Virus record (IMG/VR): IMGVR_UViG_3300023239_000006
Location: 106,577-126,576 of that record
Direction: 5' to 3' (one strand)
DNA from: an uncultured virus (IMG/VR IMGVR_UViG_3300023239_000006)
Taxonomy: Duplodnaviria; Heunggongvirae; Uroviricota; Caudoviricetes
Length of the DNA stretch: 20,000 bases
This document shows positions 9,285 to 16,723 of the stretch, one piece after another (positions within the stretch are counted from its first letter, which is position 1; each line of letters starts with the position of its first letter). The notes below the pieces were generated by a model. It was not told where the DNA came from and searched no databases. It saw nothing but the letters and a program-made list of their open reading frames with translations. A program made the translations under genes and the position numbers.

Positions 9285-9750
9285 TTGCTAGTACCTGCTT
9301 CATTTCAATTTCTGTTTTAAACGGACCTTGATATTCATAGCGTTGTAATGTAATAAGTTTGGGACAGTGACTCTTGACCCACCCTTTTTCAAATTTAATA
9401 ACATAGTATCCAGCACAGTACAAACTCTTGCTATCTCCGCTCTTAGTAAAGAGTGGAAGCTTTCTTTGAATATCAAACATTGAGTTGTGCGGAGTGGCAC
9501 TAGTTGTATATCCGTGGACTTCATTTGGTTCTGCACCTGTTGCTTCTTTAATAATCTTAACAACAAAAAACGCTTTGCCAAACTCTCGAGTTAGACTTTC
9601 TTTGTTATCGTAAATTTTAATTCCAAATTCATTGCTTAGAACAAACCGGTTGTCATCATTCATCCTAAGTGTTCCAAACTTTTCTCCGCCTTTTTCAACA
9701 ATCCAAAATTTATTGTCGATGATCGGTTTAGCATGTAGTTCTGTTGTCAT
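9271..9750 (-). CDS. Hypothetical phage protein
   Basis: 159-aa ORF; ATGA overlap with the stop of the nuclease gene. Confidence 0.75.
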   Translation of the reverse strand: MTTELHAKPIIDNKFWIVEKGGEKFGTLRMNDDNRFVLSNEFGIKIYDNKESLTREFGKAFFVVKIIKEATGAEPNEVHGYTTSATPHNSMFDIQRKLPLFTKSGDSKSLYCAGYYVIKFEKGWVKSHCPKLITLQRYEYQGPFKTEIEMKQVLANVSK

Positions 9751-10733
9751 AGTGTGTATCTCGCATTTAAAGGTTCAGCATATGCTTGTGCTTGATCTGA
9801 AATCTTCTTTAGATCGTACAGTCCGCAAAACTTCATAAGTCGCAGACCAACTTGACTAATGTTTTTATTAGCACTAGTTGCTTCTGCAATATTCTCAACC
9901 ATAATAGATTTAATATCGTCGGGCTGGTGTGCAAGGTCGATGAGTCGACGATTGCGTTCGTAATCTTCTAGCACTCGATGTTCTAGTCCGTTGTGGTCAG
10001 TCCATCTCTGTAGCATTAGGTTGTTCCACGAAAAGCCTTTGCTTTTACGATCTTCAAACGCTTCAGTGAGGCCTACTTTTTTGCTTGTGCCTTTAGTGCG
10101 TACACCGGGATATGCTGAGAAGACATTATCGCTAGTATCGCCACGCATACATTTTTCAAACAACAACCACTCTGGATCTGGGATTGCTTTAGGTAGTTGT
10201 GTTTTCTTGTCAATGACTCTTTTACCTTTTGCGTCAAATACGCCTTCATGGGTAATTGTAGTTTCCATTACACCGTTGTACTGTTTTACATTAGGCGCAA
10301 TTAATTGTACAAAGTCAGTGTCAGTACTAATAATGATGTGATTGTCGTTAGGATGACTCTGTATCCAGCCAGCAATAAGATCATCTGCTTCTAGGCGAGG
10401 ATGTTGCATAACTGTACAGTTAGTCTTATCTTTGATAAAGTCTTTAAACGTGTCAAATGCTTCCCAGAAGATTTTTTCTTCGTCTGCTTCTTTTTCGGTA
10501 TGTGCGGCACGAGCTGCTGCACGTTGAGCTTTATAAGGCTTGTAGTAATCTTTGCGCCAGCTGCGACCTTCTAAACAGAAGATAACGTGACTGCCGTTAA
10601 AGTCTTGCCACGCCTTCTTCACGCTGTTAAGAGTGATATGAAACGCCATGCCTAGCTTAATATCAGCGTCGCCGTTAATAACGTGTCTAGCACGAAAGAA
10701 TGTATTTGCTGTATCAACTATAATGTAATTCAT
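9747..10733 (-). CDS. rnh: T4 RNase H-like 5'-3' exonuclease/flap endonuclease
   Basis: FEN/5'-nuclease acidic motifs: IIVDTANTFFR, SWRKDYYKPYKAQR, EADDLIA, STDTDFVQL, GDTSDNV. Confidence 0.88.
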   Translation of the reverse strand: MNYIIVDTANTFFRARHVINGDADIKLGMAFHITLNSVKKAWQDFNGSHVIFCLEGRSWRKDYYKPYKAQRAAARAAHTEKEADEEKIFWEAFDTFKDFIKDKTNCTVMQHPRLEADDLIAGWIQSHPNDNHIIISTDTDFVQLIAPNVKQYNGVMETTITHEGVFDAKGKRVIDKKTQLPKAIPDPEWLLFEKCMRGDTSDNVFSAYPGVRTKGTSKKVGLTEAFEDRKSKGFSWNNLMLQRWTDHNGLEHRVLEDYERNRRLIDLAHQPDDIKSIMVENIAEATSANKNISQVGLRLMKFCGLYDLKKISDQAQAYAEPLNARYTL

Positions 10734-11182
10734 TTGTTGTTCTTTTTAACTGTGTTAATATCGATCACACCAGTGTTTACTGCACCGCCGAAATCACCAT
10801 CTATCACTACGCCTGCGCATAGTTCACGGAACCAACGATCGACAATCTCTTCTTCTTTGTCGCCATCAAACCCGTAACCTTCTTGCTTTAATTTTAACAC
10901 AAACTGTTCGTTCCAGTCAAGCTCAAAAAACCCATTACGGATGTTGTCTTTGTTTACATGTGTTTCGATTACACCTACCCAAGGTTCTTTTAAACGAGTT
11001 GCTTTATCTTTTGCGCTAAGTTTCGCTACTTCTTCTGCTTCTTTAGCAAGCACTGCTTGTTCTGTTGCTTCTTTTGCAATTTGTATAGAACGTTCTGCAT
11101 CTTCTACAGCACGTTTAGTTTCGGCTTTGATCTTATCAATGCCAAACAATTTTTCAACCCACTTGTTCATTATGTACCCCAC
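10730..11182 (-). CDS. Hypothetical phage protein
   Basis: 150-aa ORF (may start at the MNKW ATG, 11170); N-terminal helical/coiled segment. Confidence 0.72.
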   Translation of the reverse strand: MGYIMNKWVEKLFGIDKIKAETKRAVEDAERSIQIAKEATEQAVLAKEAEEVAKLSAKDKATRLKEPWVGVIETHVNKDNIRNGFFELDWNEQFVLKLKQEGYGFDGDKEEEIVDRWFRELCAGVVIDGDFGGAVNTGVIDINTVKKNNK

Positions 11183-12015
11183 TCATTTTTAAACAGCGGC
11201 ACTTGCAGTCGGTCACTGTATCGCAAACCGTTCTTCATAGCTAGCACTGCTACGTTCTTATTGTTCATAGCATATACACTTTCGACACCGCCGACTGGCA
11301 TTAAGTAGACATGTCCTTTAAACCCTGCTGCACGGAATGCAGCAATTGCACGTTCGGCATCGGCAAAGTCTTGTTCTGTAGCAATAACAAACTTCAAATA
11401 TGCTGTACCAACTTCTTCATACTCACAAACAACTTCTGGCTTAATAGCGTCTTCCCACTTTTCACCACTGCATGGCAGTTTAGCACTTACACTGAATGTA
11501 AGTTCTTTACCTACTTCACTATTCCACTTAGCCAAGAAACCTTTAAACTCCGGAGTCAGTTTTTGAGTACCGTTTGTTTCAAAAGTAATCTCTTTCAAGT
11601 CACGCATCTTGGTGTTGTTAAGCAAATCCGGATAAGCACGTTGCCAGCCCAGTAGCGGCTCGCCGCCTGTAATAACCAAGTGTTCGTCCTTCCAATGATC
11701 CTGCGGGAGAATTTCCATAATACGATCTACAATTGCTTCGCTTGTAAGCATCGGACTAAGAGTTTTGAACTCTGGCATCCAGCTAGCGTAGCTATCACAG
11801 CCAGTACTAACTAGTGGCAAGTCCTCGTATTTTGCAAACATATGAGCAACTACTGAAATTTCTTCAGCTTCCTTGCTTAGTTCACCTCTAGGCATGCCAA
11901 ATCCGCTACACGTAAAGTTGCAACCAAATGTGCGTAGAAATACAGAAGGGACGCCCATATAACGTCCTTCACCTTGAATGCTGTAAAACAGCTCTGCGAT
12001 TTTAATTTTACTCAT
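11170..12015 (-). CDS. queE: 7-carboxy-7-deazaguanine synthase (radical SAM)
   Basis: IAELFYSIQGEG...PSVFLRTFGC N-terminus, VITGGEPLL, FETNGT, SVSAKL, LKFVI, YLMPVG and RLQVPLF all match QueE. FolE is nearby. Confidence 0.88.
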   Translation of the reverse strand: MSKIKIAELFYSIQGEGRYMGVPSVFLRTFGCNFTCSGFGMPRGELSKEAEEISVVAHMFAKYEDLPLVSTGCDSYASWMPEFKTLSPMLTSEAIVDRIMEILPQDHWKDEHLVITGGEPLLGWQRAYPDLLNNTKMRDLKEITFETNGTQKLTPEFKGFLAKWNSEVGKELTFSVSAKLPCSGEKWEDAIKPEVVCEYEEVGTAYLKFVIATEQDFADAERAIAAFRAAGFKGHVYLMPVGGVESVYAMNNKNVAVLAMKNGLRYSDRLQVPLFKNEWGT

Positions 12016-12020
12016 AGTTT

Positions 12021-12049
12021 ATTATACACTCTTTTTCTGTAATTGCCAA
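12021..12049 (-). promoter_or_regulatory. Sigma70-like promoter upstream of queE (TTGGCA-N17-TATAAT)
   Basis: -35 at 12044-12049, -10 at 12021-12026, 17-nt spacer; ATG only 5 nt after the -10. Confidence 0.55.
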
Positions 12050-12186
12050 GAACCGTTGCCTTGATCTAGCCATTCTAATGTGTCTCCTTCTTTCCAATTT
12101 TGCATATCTAACAGATCTTGCGGTATTGGCATAATAAGATCGCCATTCTCGGGATCTTCTTTTAGGGTAACTGTCCAGTGTGTCAT
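12022..12186 (-). CDS. AbrB/MazE/SpoVT-like small DNA-binding protein (54 aa; not in the supplied ORF track)
   Basis: Hand translation MTHWTVTLKEDPENGDLIMPIPQDLLDMQNWKEGDTLEWLDQGNGSWQLQKKSV matches the swapped-hairpin pattern (G-x-hydrophobic-P-IP..L...W.EGD.L.W). ATGA overlap with the upstream stop. Confidence 0.75.
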   Translation of the reverse strand: MTHWTVTLKEDPENGDLIMPIPQDLLDMQNWKEGDTLEWLDQGNGSWQLQKKSV

Positions 12187-12377
12187 ATTCTATCACTTAA
12201 TAATATTTTACAAAGTAATGCGTCTTGTTCGTTATTGAACTCAAACGACATTGAATTTTCTGTAGGATGGGATGTGTACTTATCACCAGGAAGCCCAAAC
12301 TGTTCTAAAACCATCGCGCAGGTTTCATTCCACCAATGACTATTTTGATTATCCCAAGGAACGAGTATAGTATTCAT
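12183..12377 (-). CDS. Hypothetical phage protein
   Basis: 64-aa ORF with ATGA overlaps at both ends. Confidence 0.7.
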   Translation of the reverse strand: MNTILVPWDNQNSHWWNETCAMVLEQFGLPGDKYTSHPTENSMSFEFNNEQDALLCKILLSDRI

Positions 12378-12616
12378 CGGCCTCTTAAATTAGTACTAGT
12401 CTTACTAATCTTAGGACCTGCGCTTTCAAAGTCCATGCCCGCCATGCGACCTTCATACTTACTACCATTCCAATTCATCAATAGTTTAACACTCTTGTTC
12501 ATAACCACAGTAAGGTTACGTCCCTCGTTACACTGCATGACTTCAGCCTCCATCTCTCTTTTACTGGAAACCTGAGTAACAGTACAGGTGTTATCGTGCC
12601 TAGTTATTACACTCAT
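12374..12616 (-). CDS. Hypothetical phage protein
   Basis: Likely start is ATG 12616 (MSVITRH...), overlapping the TGA of the PRTase gene. Confidence 0.7.
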   Translation of the reverse strand: MSVITRHDNTCTVTQVSSKREMEAEVMQCNEGRNLTVVMNKSVKLLMNWNGSKYEGRMAGMDFESAGPKISKTSTNLRGR

Positions 12617-13110
12617 TTTGTCCACCATTCTTCATAAGGAAATTCAATCCACACATCGTTTTCGGCTTTGTTAACTTCCATACCACAGTAGTTCATACCT
12701 ACGCTGCATTGGCTAGATAAGTTATCAACAACAACAGCAAATCTTACGTTGTTACTCCAGATCTGTTGCCAACTGGTGTCATCTGGAAAACAGCCACTTG
12801 GCCAATCATTCATCAGCCAGTTTAGTGTACTGCCTTGATCATTAATGTCGTCAACAACAAGAATGTTCTTTCCGTAAAACGCATCTTCAGCCATGCCTAG
12901 ATTGCTAGTACATTCTCCGCCGTCACGCAAACTGATATCTAACGATTGCATGGGAACGTTTAAGTAATGGCTGATCATTACAGCAGGCAATAATCCGCCT
13001 CTTGTAAGTCCTACAATGAAATCCGGCTTCCAATTATCTGCGGCAATTTCTCTACAGATAGTAGAAACTAAACCTTTAAATTTTCTGTCATTAATTATGA
13101 GTTTGTTCAT
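12613..13110 (-). CDS. Type I phosphoribosyltransferase (xanthine/guanine PRT-like)
   Basis: IVGLTRGGLLPA loop, PRPP-binding motif ILVVDDINDQGSTL, and C-terminal WIEFPYE as in Gpt-like enzymes. Confidence 0.85.
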   Translation of the reverse strand: MNKLIINDRKFKGLVSTICREIAADNWKPDFIVGLTRGGLLPAVMISHYLNVPMQSLDISLRDGGECTSNLGMAEDAFYGKNILVVDDINDQGSTLNWLMNDWPSGCFPDDTSWQQIWSNNVRFAVVVDNLSSQCSVGMNYCGMEVNKAENDVWIEFPYEEWWTK

Positions 13111-13567
13111 TTTGTTCTTTACGAGTTTTTAAATAATATTCATTTTGAATCCATTCATCATTTACTAGAAATCCCCATTCTCGTTTGTGGGGACCTGGCA
13201 TAAACAATGTCCAAGGAGTTATTCCTTCTTTTAATTCAATGCGGTGATAACTAGTAGGGCTAGACACGCGAAAATGACCGGGTCCACGCCACTTACGAAT
13301 CTCGCAACTTTTTGTACCATCTGGATTAAATTCTGGAATCCATTCATAATAGCCACCTTTTAAAATTAAAGTAAAATAACTCCATGGATGATCGTGAACA
13401 TCATCTGGATCACCTTTATGGAACTTGTGTAGAAACACATTAAACGGAAAATGCTTTCGATCTTTTAGAAAAAGATAATAACGGGTTAACAACGGTTCGT
13501 TGCTCACTCGATCCATAATTATACGTTTACGACCCAGCCTATCTAAAAAATCGAGAAACCATTTCAT
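13091..13567 (-). CDS. Cupin-fold protein, putative metalloenzyme
   Basis: LHKF...HDHPW...ILKGGYYE...YHRIEL...WTLFM: cupin motif 1 (HxH...E) and the motif 2 His. Confidence 0.6.
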   Translation of the reverse strand: MKWFLDFLDRLGRKRIIMDRVSNEPLLTRYYLFLKDRKHFPFNVFLHKFHKGDPDDVHDHPWSYFTLILKGGYYEWIPEFNPDGTKSCEIRKWRGPGHFRVSSPTSYHRIELKEGITPWTLFMPGPHKREWGFLVNDEWIQNEYYLKTRKEQNEQTHN

Positions 13568-13603
13568 TTACGTGTCTCCATATTTACTAAAGAAGCAATA
13601 CAC

Positions 13604-14320
13604 TTATCGCTTATTGGATTCTTGGAGACTCAATGTATCAAAGAACTCTTTCTTTGTACCTGGATCTTTATTAAACGCACCTTTAAGCACTGAAGTAGTT
13701 GTTGAACTATCGTGTGCCATTATGCCTCGGTTCTCACAACATCCATGAGTCATTCTTAAATATACACCTACGTTTTCTGAATCAGTTGCTTTACTAATTT
13801 CTCGAGCAATGTCATTACATAGTTCCTCTTGTAGGGTGCCACGGCGAGCGCACCACTGAGCAATGCGAGTATACTTGCTAAGACCAATTAGTTTTTCTGC
13901 CGCAATAATGCCAATATAAGCAACCCCAGTAACGGGTTGGTGATGATGTGAACACATACTACGAAGTTCACTGCGAACCACGAGCATGCCTTCGTAACGG
14001 TCTGCCGAATTGTTTGGAAATGCTGTTACGTCTGGTGCTGGATCATATCTGCCTGTCATGATTTCATTAAAGTACATTTTAGCAAGCCGCTTTGCAGTGC
14101 CTTTGCTATTTGGATCTGTTTCTCGATCAATAAGCAAGCGATCTAGCACACCTTCAAATGCTTCTGCTGCTTCGGTGATTAGTGTATCCTTTTCAACATC
14201 GCTAACGTATTCGCTGATGTTGTCTCCTGCCCAAAACCGTTTGTTATCGCGTTTGAGTTTGTCGCGGATAACCTGGCTTAGCGGTCTTCCGTCTTCTTCT
14301 CTATAATTCAATTGTGTCAA
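13604..14320 (-). CDS. folE: GTP cyclohydrolase I
   Basis: TAKRLAKMY, SMCSHHHQP, IGLSKYTRIA, LQEEL, HGCCENRG Zn/catalytic motifs. TTG start with a GGAG SD. Confidence 0.92.
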   Translation of the reverse strand: MTQLNYREEDGRPLSQVIRDKLKRDNKRFWAGDNISEYVSDVEKDTLITEAAEAFEGVLDRLLIDRETDPNSKGTAKRLAKMYFNEIMTGRYDPAPDVTAFPNNSADRYEGMLVVRSELRSMCSHHHQPVTGVAYIGIIAAEKLIGLSKYTRIAQWCARRGTLQEELCNDIAREISKATDSENVGVYLRMTHGCCENRGIMAHDSSTTTSVLKGAFNKDPGTKKEFFDTLSLQESNKR

Positions 14321-14362
14321 TATATTTCTCCGATGTTTAAGCAGTGGATTGCCTGTATAGTT

Positions 14363-15436
14363 TTATTTTAGCATCTCTAATAGTTTATTGCAACTAAAAT
14401 AATGTTCAGTTAATGCATCTACTTGTTTATTTAGGCTGGGTAAAAACTTTTCGTAATTTTCCATGTACTGTATAATCTTGTAGCAGATTTCTTGTCTATG
14501 GATATTATAGTTCTCCCAAGTATCAGTCCATTCGCTCGGATACTTGAAAGTATCAAATGCCATTTCGCTGTAGCTTAGTCTATCTGGCATCATTGGAACA
14601 GCGCCCACTAATGCACCTTCATACCAACTAATGCCTAACGTTTCTTGCAAGTTTGCACTAAACACAATCTTAGATTGTCCTAGCAGATTGTGGTATTCAT
14701 TCTTTGTCAGCTGTTGATCCTGACATACAACAAACTCATACTGAGGCAAGTGCATAGCTAAGTCACGAAAGATATCTACTTGTTTCTCTGGCGCTATGCG
14801 ATGAGGGAACAGTATAAGGTCACGCTTTGGCATGTTCTTATACATAGTCAATGTATCTTCCATATACTCCATGGGCCACCCAGTCTGGACAATCTTCTTA
14901 GAAACTTTATAGTTATAAACTGTACCTAAGTTAACCTCTAACAAATTGTTACGAAACATATCGATATGAAAATTCGTAGCAAAATAGTTATGATCGAACG
15001 CATGAAAGAAACTTTTCTCAGCGTGTCTAACCCAAGGCTTATTACCAACAAGACGTCCTAAAAAGTCTTGTGGGTCATAACTGCCAGCATGCCATAGTCC
15101 ATGTGTAGTTACTGGAATACCCAGTAATTCGCTCATGTACTTGAGATTGATGATACCAGGGTGCCAAGCATCAGTAAATATAAAATGATCACCTGGGCGA
15201 ACGGCTCCATTACAAAATAAACGGCCCAGCTGCTCAACTTGACTAGCCTTGTATATATTAGTTCCGCCAAAGTTGAGAAACGCTCCAGGAGTAGTTGCAC
15301 TAGGAATATCCGCAGGGCCTGATATAATTTGAACATTGTGTCCTTTCTCTCGTAGTAAGGCAGGCACATGGGACTGCCATTGTCCAGTGTACCTTGTCTC
15401 GACTGCTTCTAAATCAACGAGAAAAATTCTGCTCAT
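14363..15436 (-). CDS. GT-B fold glycosyltransferase, possibly DNA-modifying
   Basis: C-terminal Rossmann domain with FPHRIAPEKQ and SANLQETLGISWYEGALVGAVP (E-x7-E motif of GT4-like enzymes). Lies inside the deazaguanine cluster. Confidence 0.75.
   Translation of the reverse strand: MSRIFLVDLEAVETRYTGQWQSHVPALLREKGHNVQIISGPADIPSATTPGAFLNFGGTNIYKASQVEQLGRLFCNGAVRPGDHFIFTDAWHPGIINLKYMSELLGIPVTTHGLWHAGSYDPQDFLGRLVGNKPWVRHAEKSFFHAFDHNYFATNFHIDMFRNNLLEVNLGTVYNYKVSKKIVQTGWPMEYMEDTLTMYKNMPKRDLILFPHRIAPEKQVDIFRDLAMHLPQYEFVVCQDQQLTKNEYHNLLGQSKIVFSANLQETLGISWYEGALVGAVPMMPDRLSYSEMAFDTFKYPSEWTDTWENYNIHRQEICYKIIQYMENYEKFLPSLNKQVDALTEHYFSCNKLLEMLK
14365..14393 (-). promoter_or_regulatory. Sigma70-like promoter upstream of folE (TTGCAA-N17-TAAAAT, with extended -10 TGn)
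   Basis: -35 at 14388-14393, -10 at 14365-14370 preceded by TGC, 17-nt spacer. Confidence 0.5.
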
Positions 15437-15671
15437 TGCGCTTTCCGTTATTATCCCAACGTGGGTTCTTGCCTAGGTAAGGCCGGCGCGGTCGCTTGCT
15501 TGCTAGGAACGCACCATAGTTAGGAGCACCTTCTTTGCGGTAAATTTCCGCAGGGTCAAACTCTCGAAGTTCCATACGACAAAAGTCTTGAAACGCTTCC
15601 AAGTCATCAAAGATCCGAACAATGTCGGGGCGATTTTTAAAATAGGCAACGTCGCGGTAATTCTTAGCCAT
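15414..15671 (-). CDS. Hypothetical phage protein
   Basis: 85-aa ORF with an AAGGA SD. Confidence 0.7.
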   Translation of the reverse strand: MAKNYRDVAYFKNRPDIVRIFDDLEAFQDFCRMELREFDPAEIYRKEGAPNYGAFLASKRPRRPYLGKNPRWDNNGKRNEQNFSR

Positions 15672-15701
15672 GTTAGCTTTCCTTAGTACTTAATAATATT
15701 A

Positions 15702-16082
15702 TTATGGTTTGTATTCGATGATACCATCGGATTCACCGTCTTCTGACACTACAATTTCGTAGTATCGATTTGATCCATATGCTGGAATCAAATGCTTTTC
15801 CAAGATGTCTGTTGCAATCATTTCGCAACTCTTGTGATTCATTTTACCGTCTTTAATAAATTCTGCCAATGCCCACTTAACAAGGAAGAACTCTAATTCA
15901 CGGTCTAAGTGTGTAACACTAATCTTTACTTCAACTTTGAACATGTGTCGATGTTCATTTTCAAGAAACTGGATACGTGGATCAATTGATCCAGCGTTTG
16001 GGTAATAGTGAAACCCTTCAAATTCTGTACGAACTTTAATAAACGTCATAGTTGCTGGGCGAATGTCTTGTTTAATAATCAT
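15702..16082 (-). CDS. QueD/PTPS-like T-fold protein with LxxxHRHxF motif (DpdL-like)
   Basis: FEGFH...LENEHRHMF...SCEMIA...VSEDGE. The His triad and SxE motif fit the QueD fold, but CxxxHGH is replaced by LxxxHRHxF. Confidence 0.7.
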   Translation of the reverse strand: MIIKQDIRPATMTFIKVRTEFEGFHYYPNAGSIDPRIQFLENEHRHMFKVEVKISVTHLDRELEFFLVKWALAEFIKDGKMNHKSCEMIATDILEKHLIPAYGSNRYYEIVVSEDGESDGIIEYKP

Positions 16083-16327
16083 AGAATGTACTTTGATGAT
16101 ATAGGTCCTTTGCCTTGCAACCCGAAATGCTCTTTGATTGTAGATCTACAAAGTGTACGTTGATACTGTGCTGCCTCTGTTGGACCTTCTTTAGTAAATT
16201 GCATATTATCAATAATTGTAACACATTCTTCTAGCAATAGTCTAGCAAAATTCTCTTGATTGGTAACATTGACACCTAAAATATTTTCAGTTGCCTTGTC
16301 TAATGCACGTTTAATTTTTTGGTTCAT
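16079..16327 (-). CDS. Hypothetical phage protein
   Basis: 82-aa ORF with ATGA overlaps at both ends. Confidence 0.65.
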   Translation of the reverse strand: MNQKIKRALDKATENILGVNVTNQENFARLLLEECVTIIDNMQFTKEGPTEAAQYQRTLCRSTIKEHFGLQGKGPISSKYIL

Positions 16328-16593
16328 CTCATACTTTCCATAGTTATAATTTTACCAAGTTCCTCACCGAGGTCTTTGTCATCGTGAATGATGTACATTT
16401 TATTATTGTCCTCATCACGTTTACGATCATAGTTACGAACTTCTACTACAAAGCCGCCACTACCTTTGTAGACCTGTAGTTTCATGCCATCGCTATGAAA
16501 ACGCTCTTCTGATTCTCTAGTGGGCTTCTCGTACTCAATCGCGTCGTCATTTTGATTAAGGACCCAGTTGCGGAATCGTTGTTTCAATGTCAT
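16324..16593 (-). CDS. Hypothetical phage protein
   Basis: 89-aa ORF; the frame stays open upstream to about 16728 without an ATG. Confidence 0.7.
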   Translation of the reverse strand: MTLKQRFRNWVLNQNDDAIEYEKPTRESEERFHSDGMKLQVYKGSGGFVVEVRNYDRKRDEDNNKMYIIHDDKDLGEELGKIITMESMR

Positions 16594-16723
16594 TTTTATG
16601 CTCTTTACTTTATTAACTGCGGTGCGTGTGCCTTGAACTCGGCAACCGCTAGTGCCTATTCCACGTGAATTACGGGTTGATACTTTACTAGAGGAGTTGT
16701 GTATGCTGATCCATGTGGTCCCA

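Noticed and set aside
11170..12015. NrdG anaerobic RNR activase
   Set aside because: The SIQGEG, ETNGT and C-terminal motifs, the length and the folE neighbourhood favour QueE; there is no nrdD nearby.
12008..12196. Listed 62-aa Arg-rich ORF
   Set aside because: It is an alternative frame of the 54-aa AbrB-like gene (12022-12186), which has a recognisable fold pattern and a clean ATGA coupling.
14321..14362. Canonical preQ1-I or THF riboswitch upstream of folE
   Set aside because: Consensus nucleotides and loop length do not match. Kept only as a speculative novel structure.
7188..15369. Same-strand nested ORFs 7188-7442, 9300-9581 and 15133-15369
   Set aside because: Out-of-frame ORFs inside longer genes, with no RBS or motif support.
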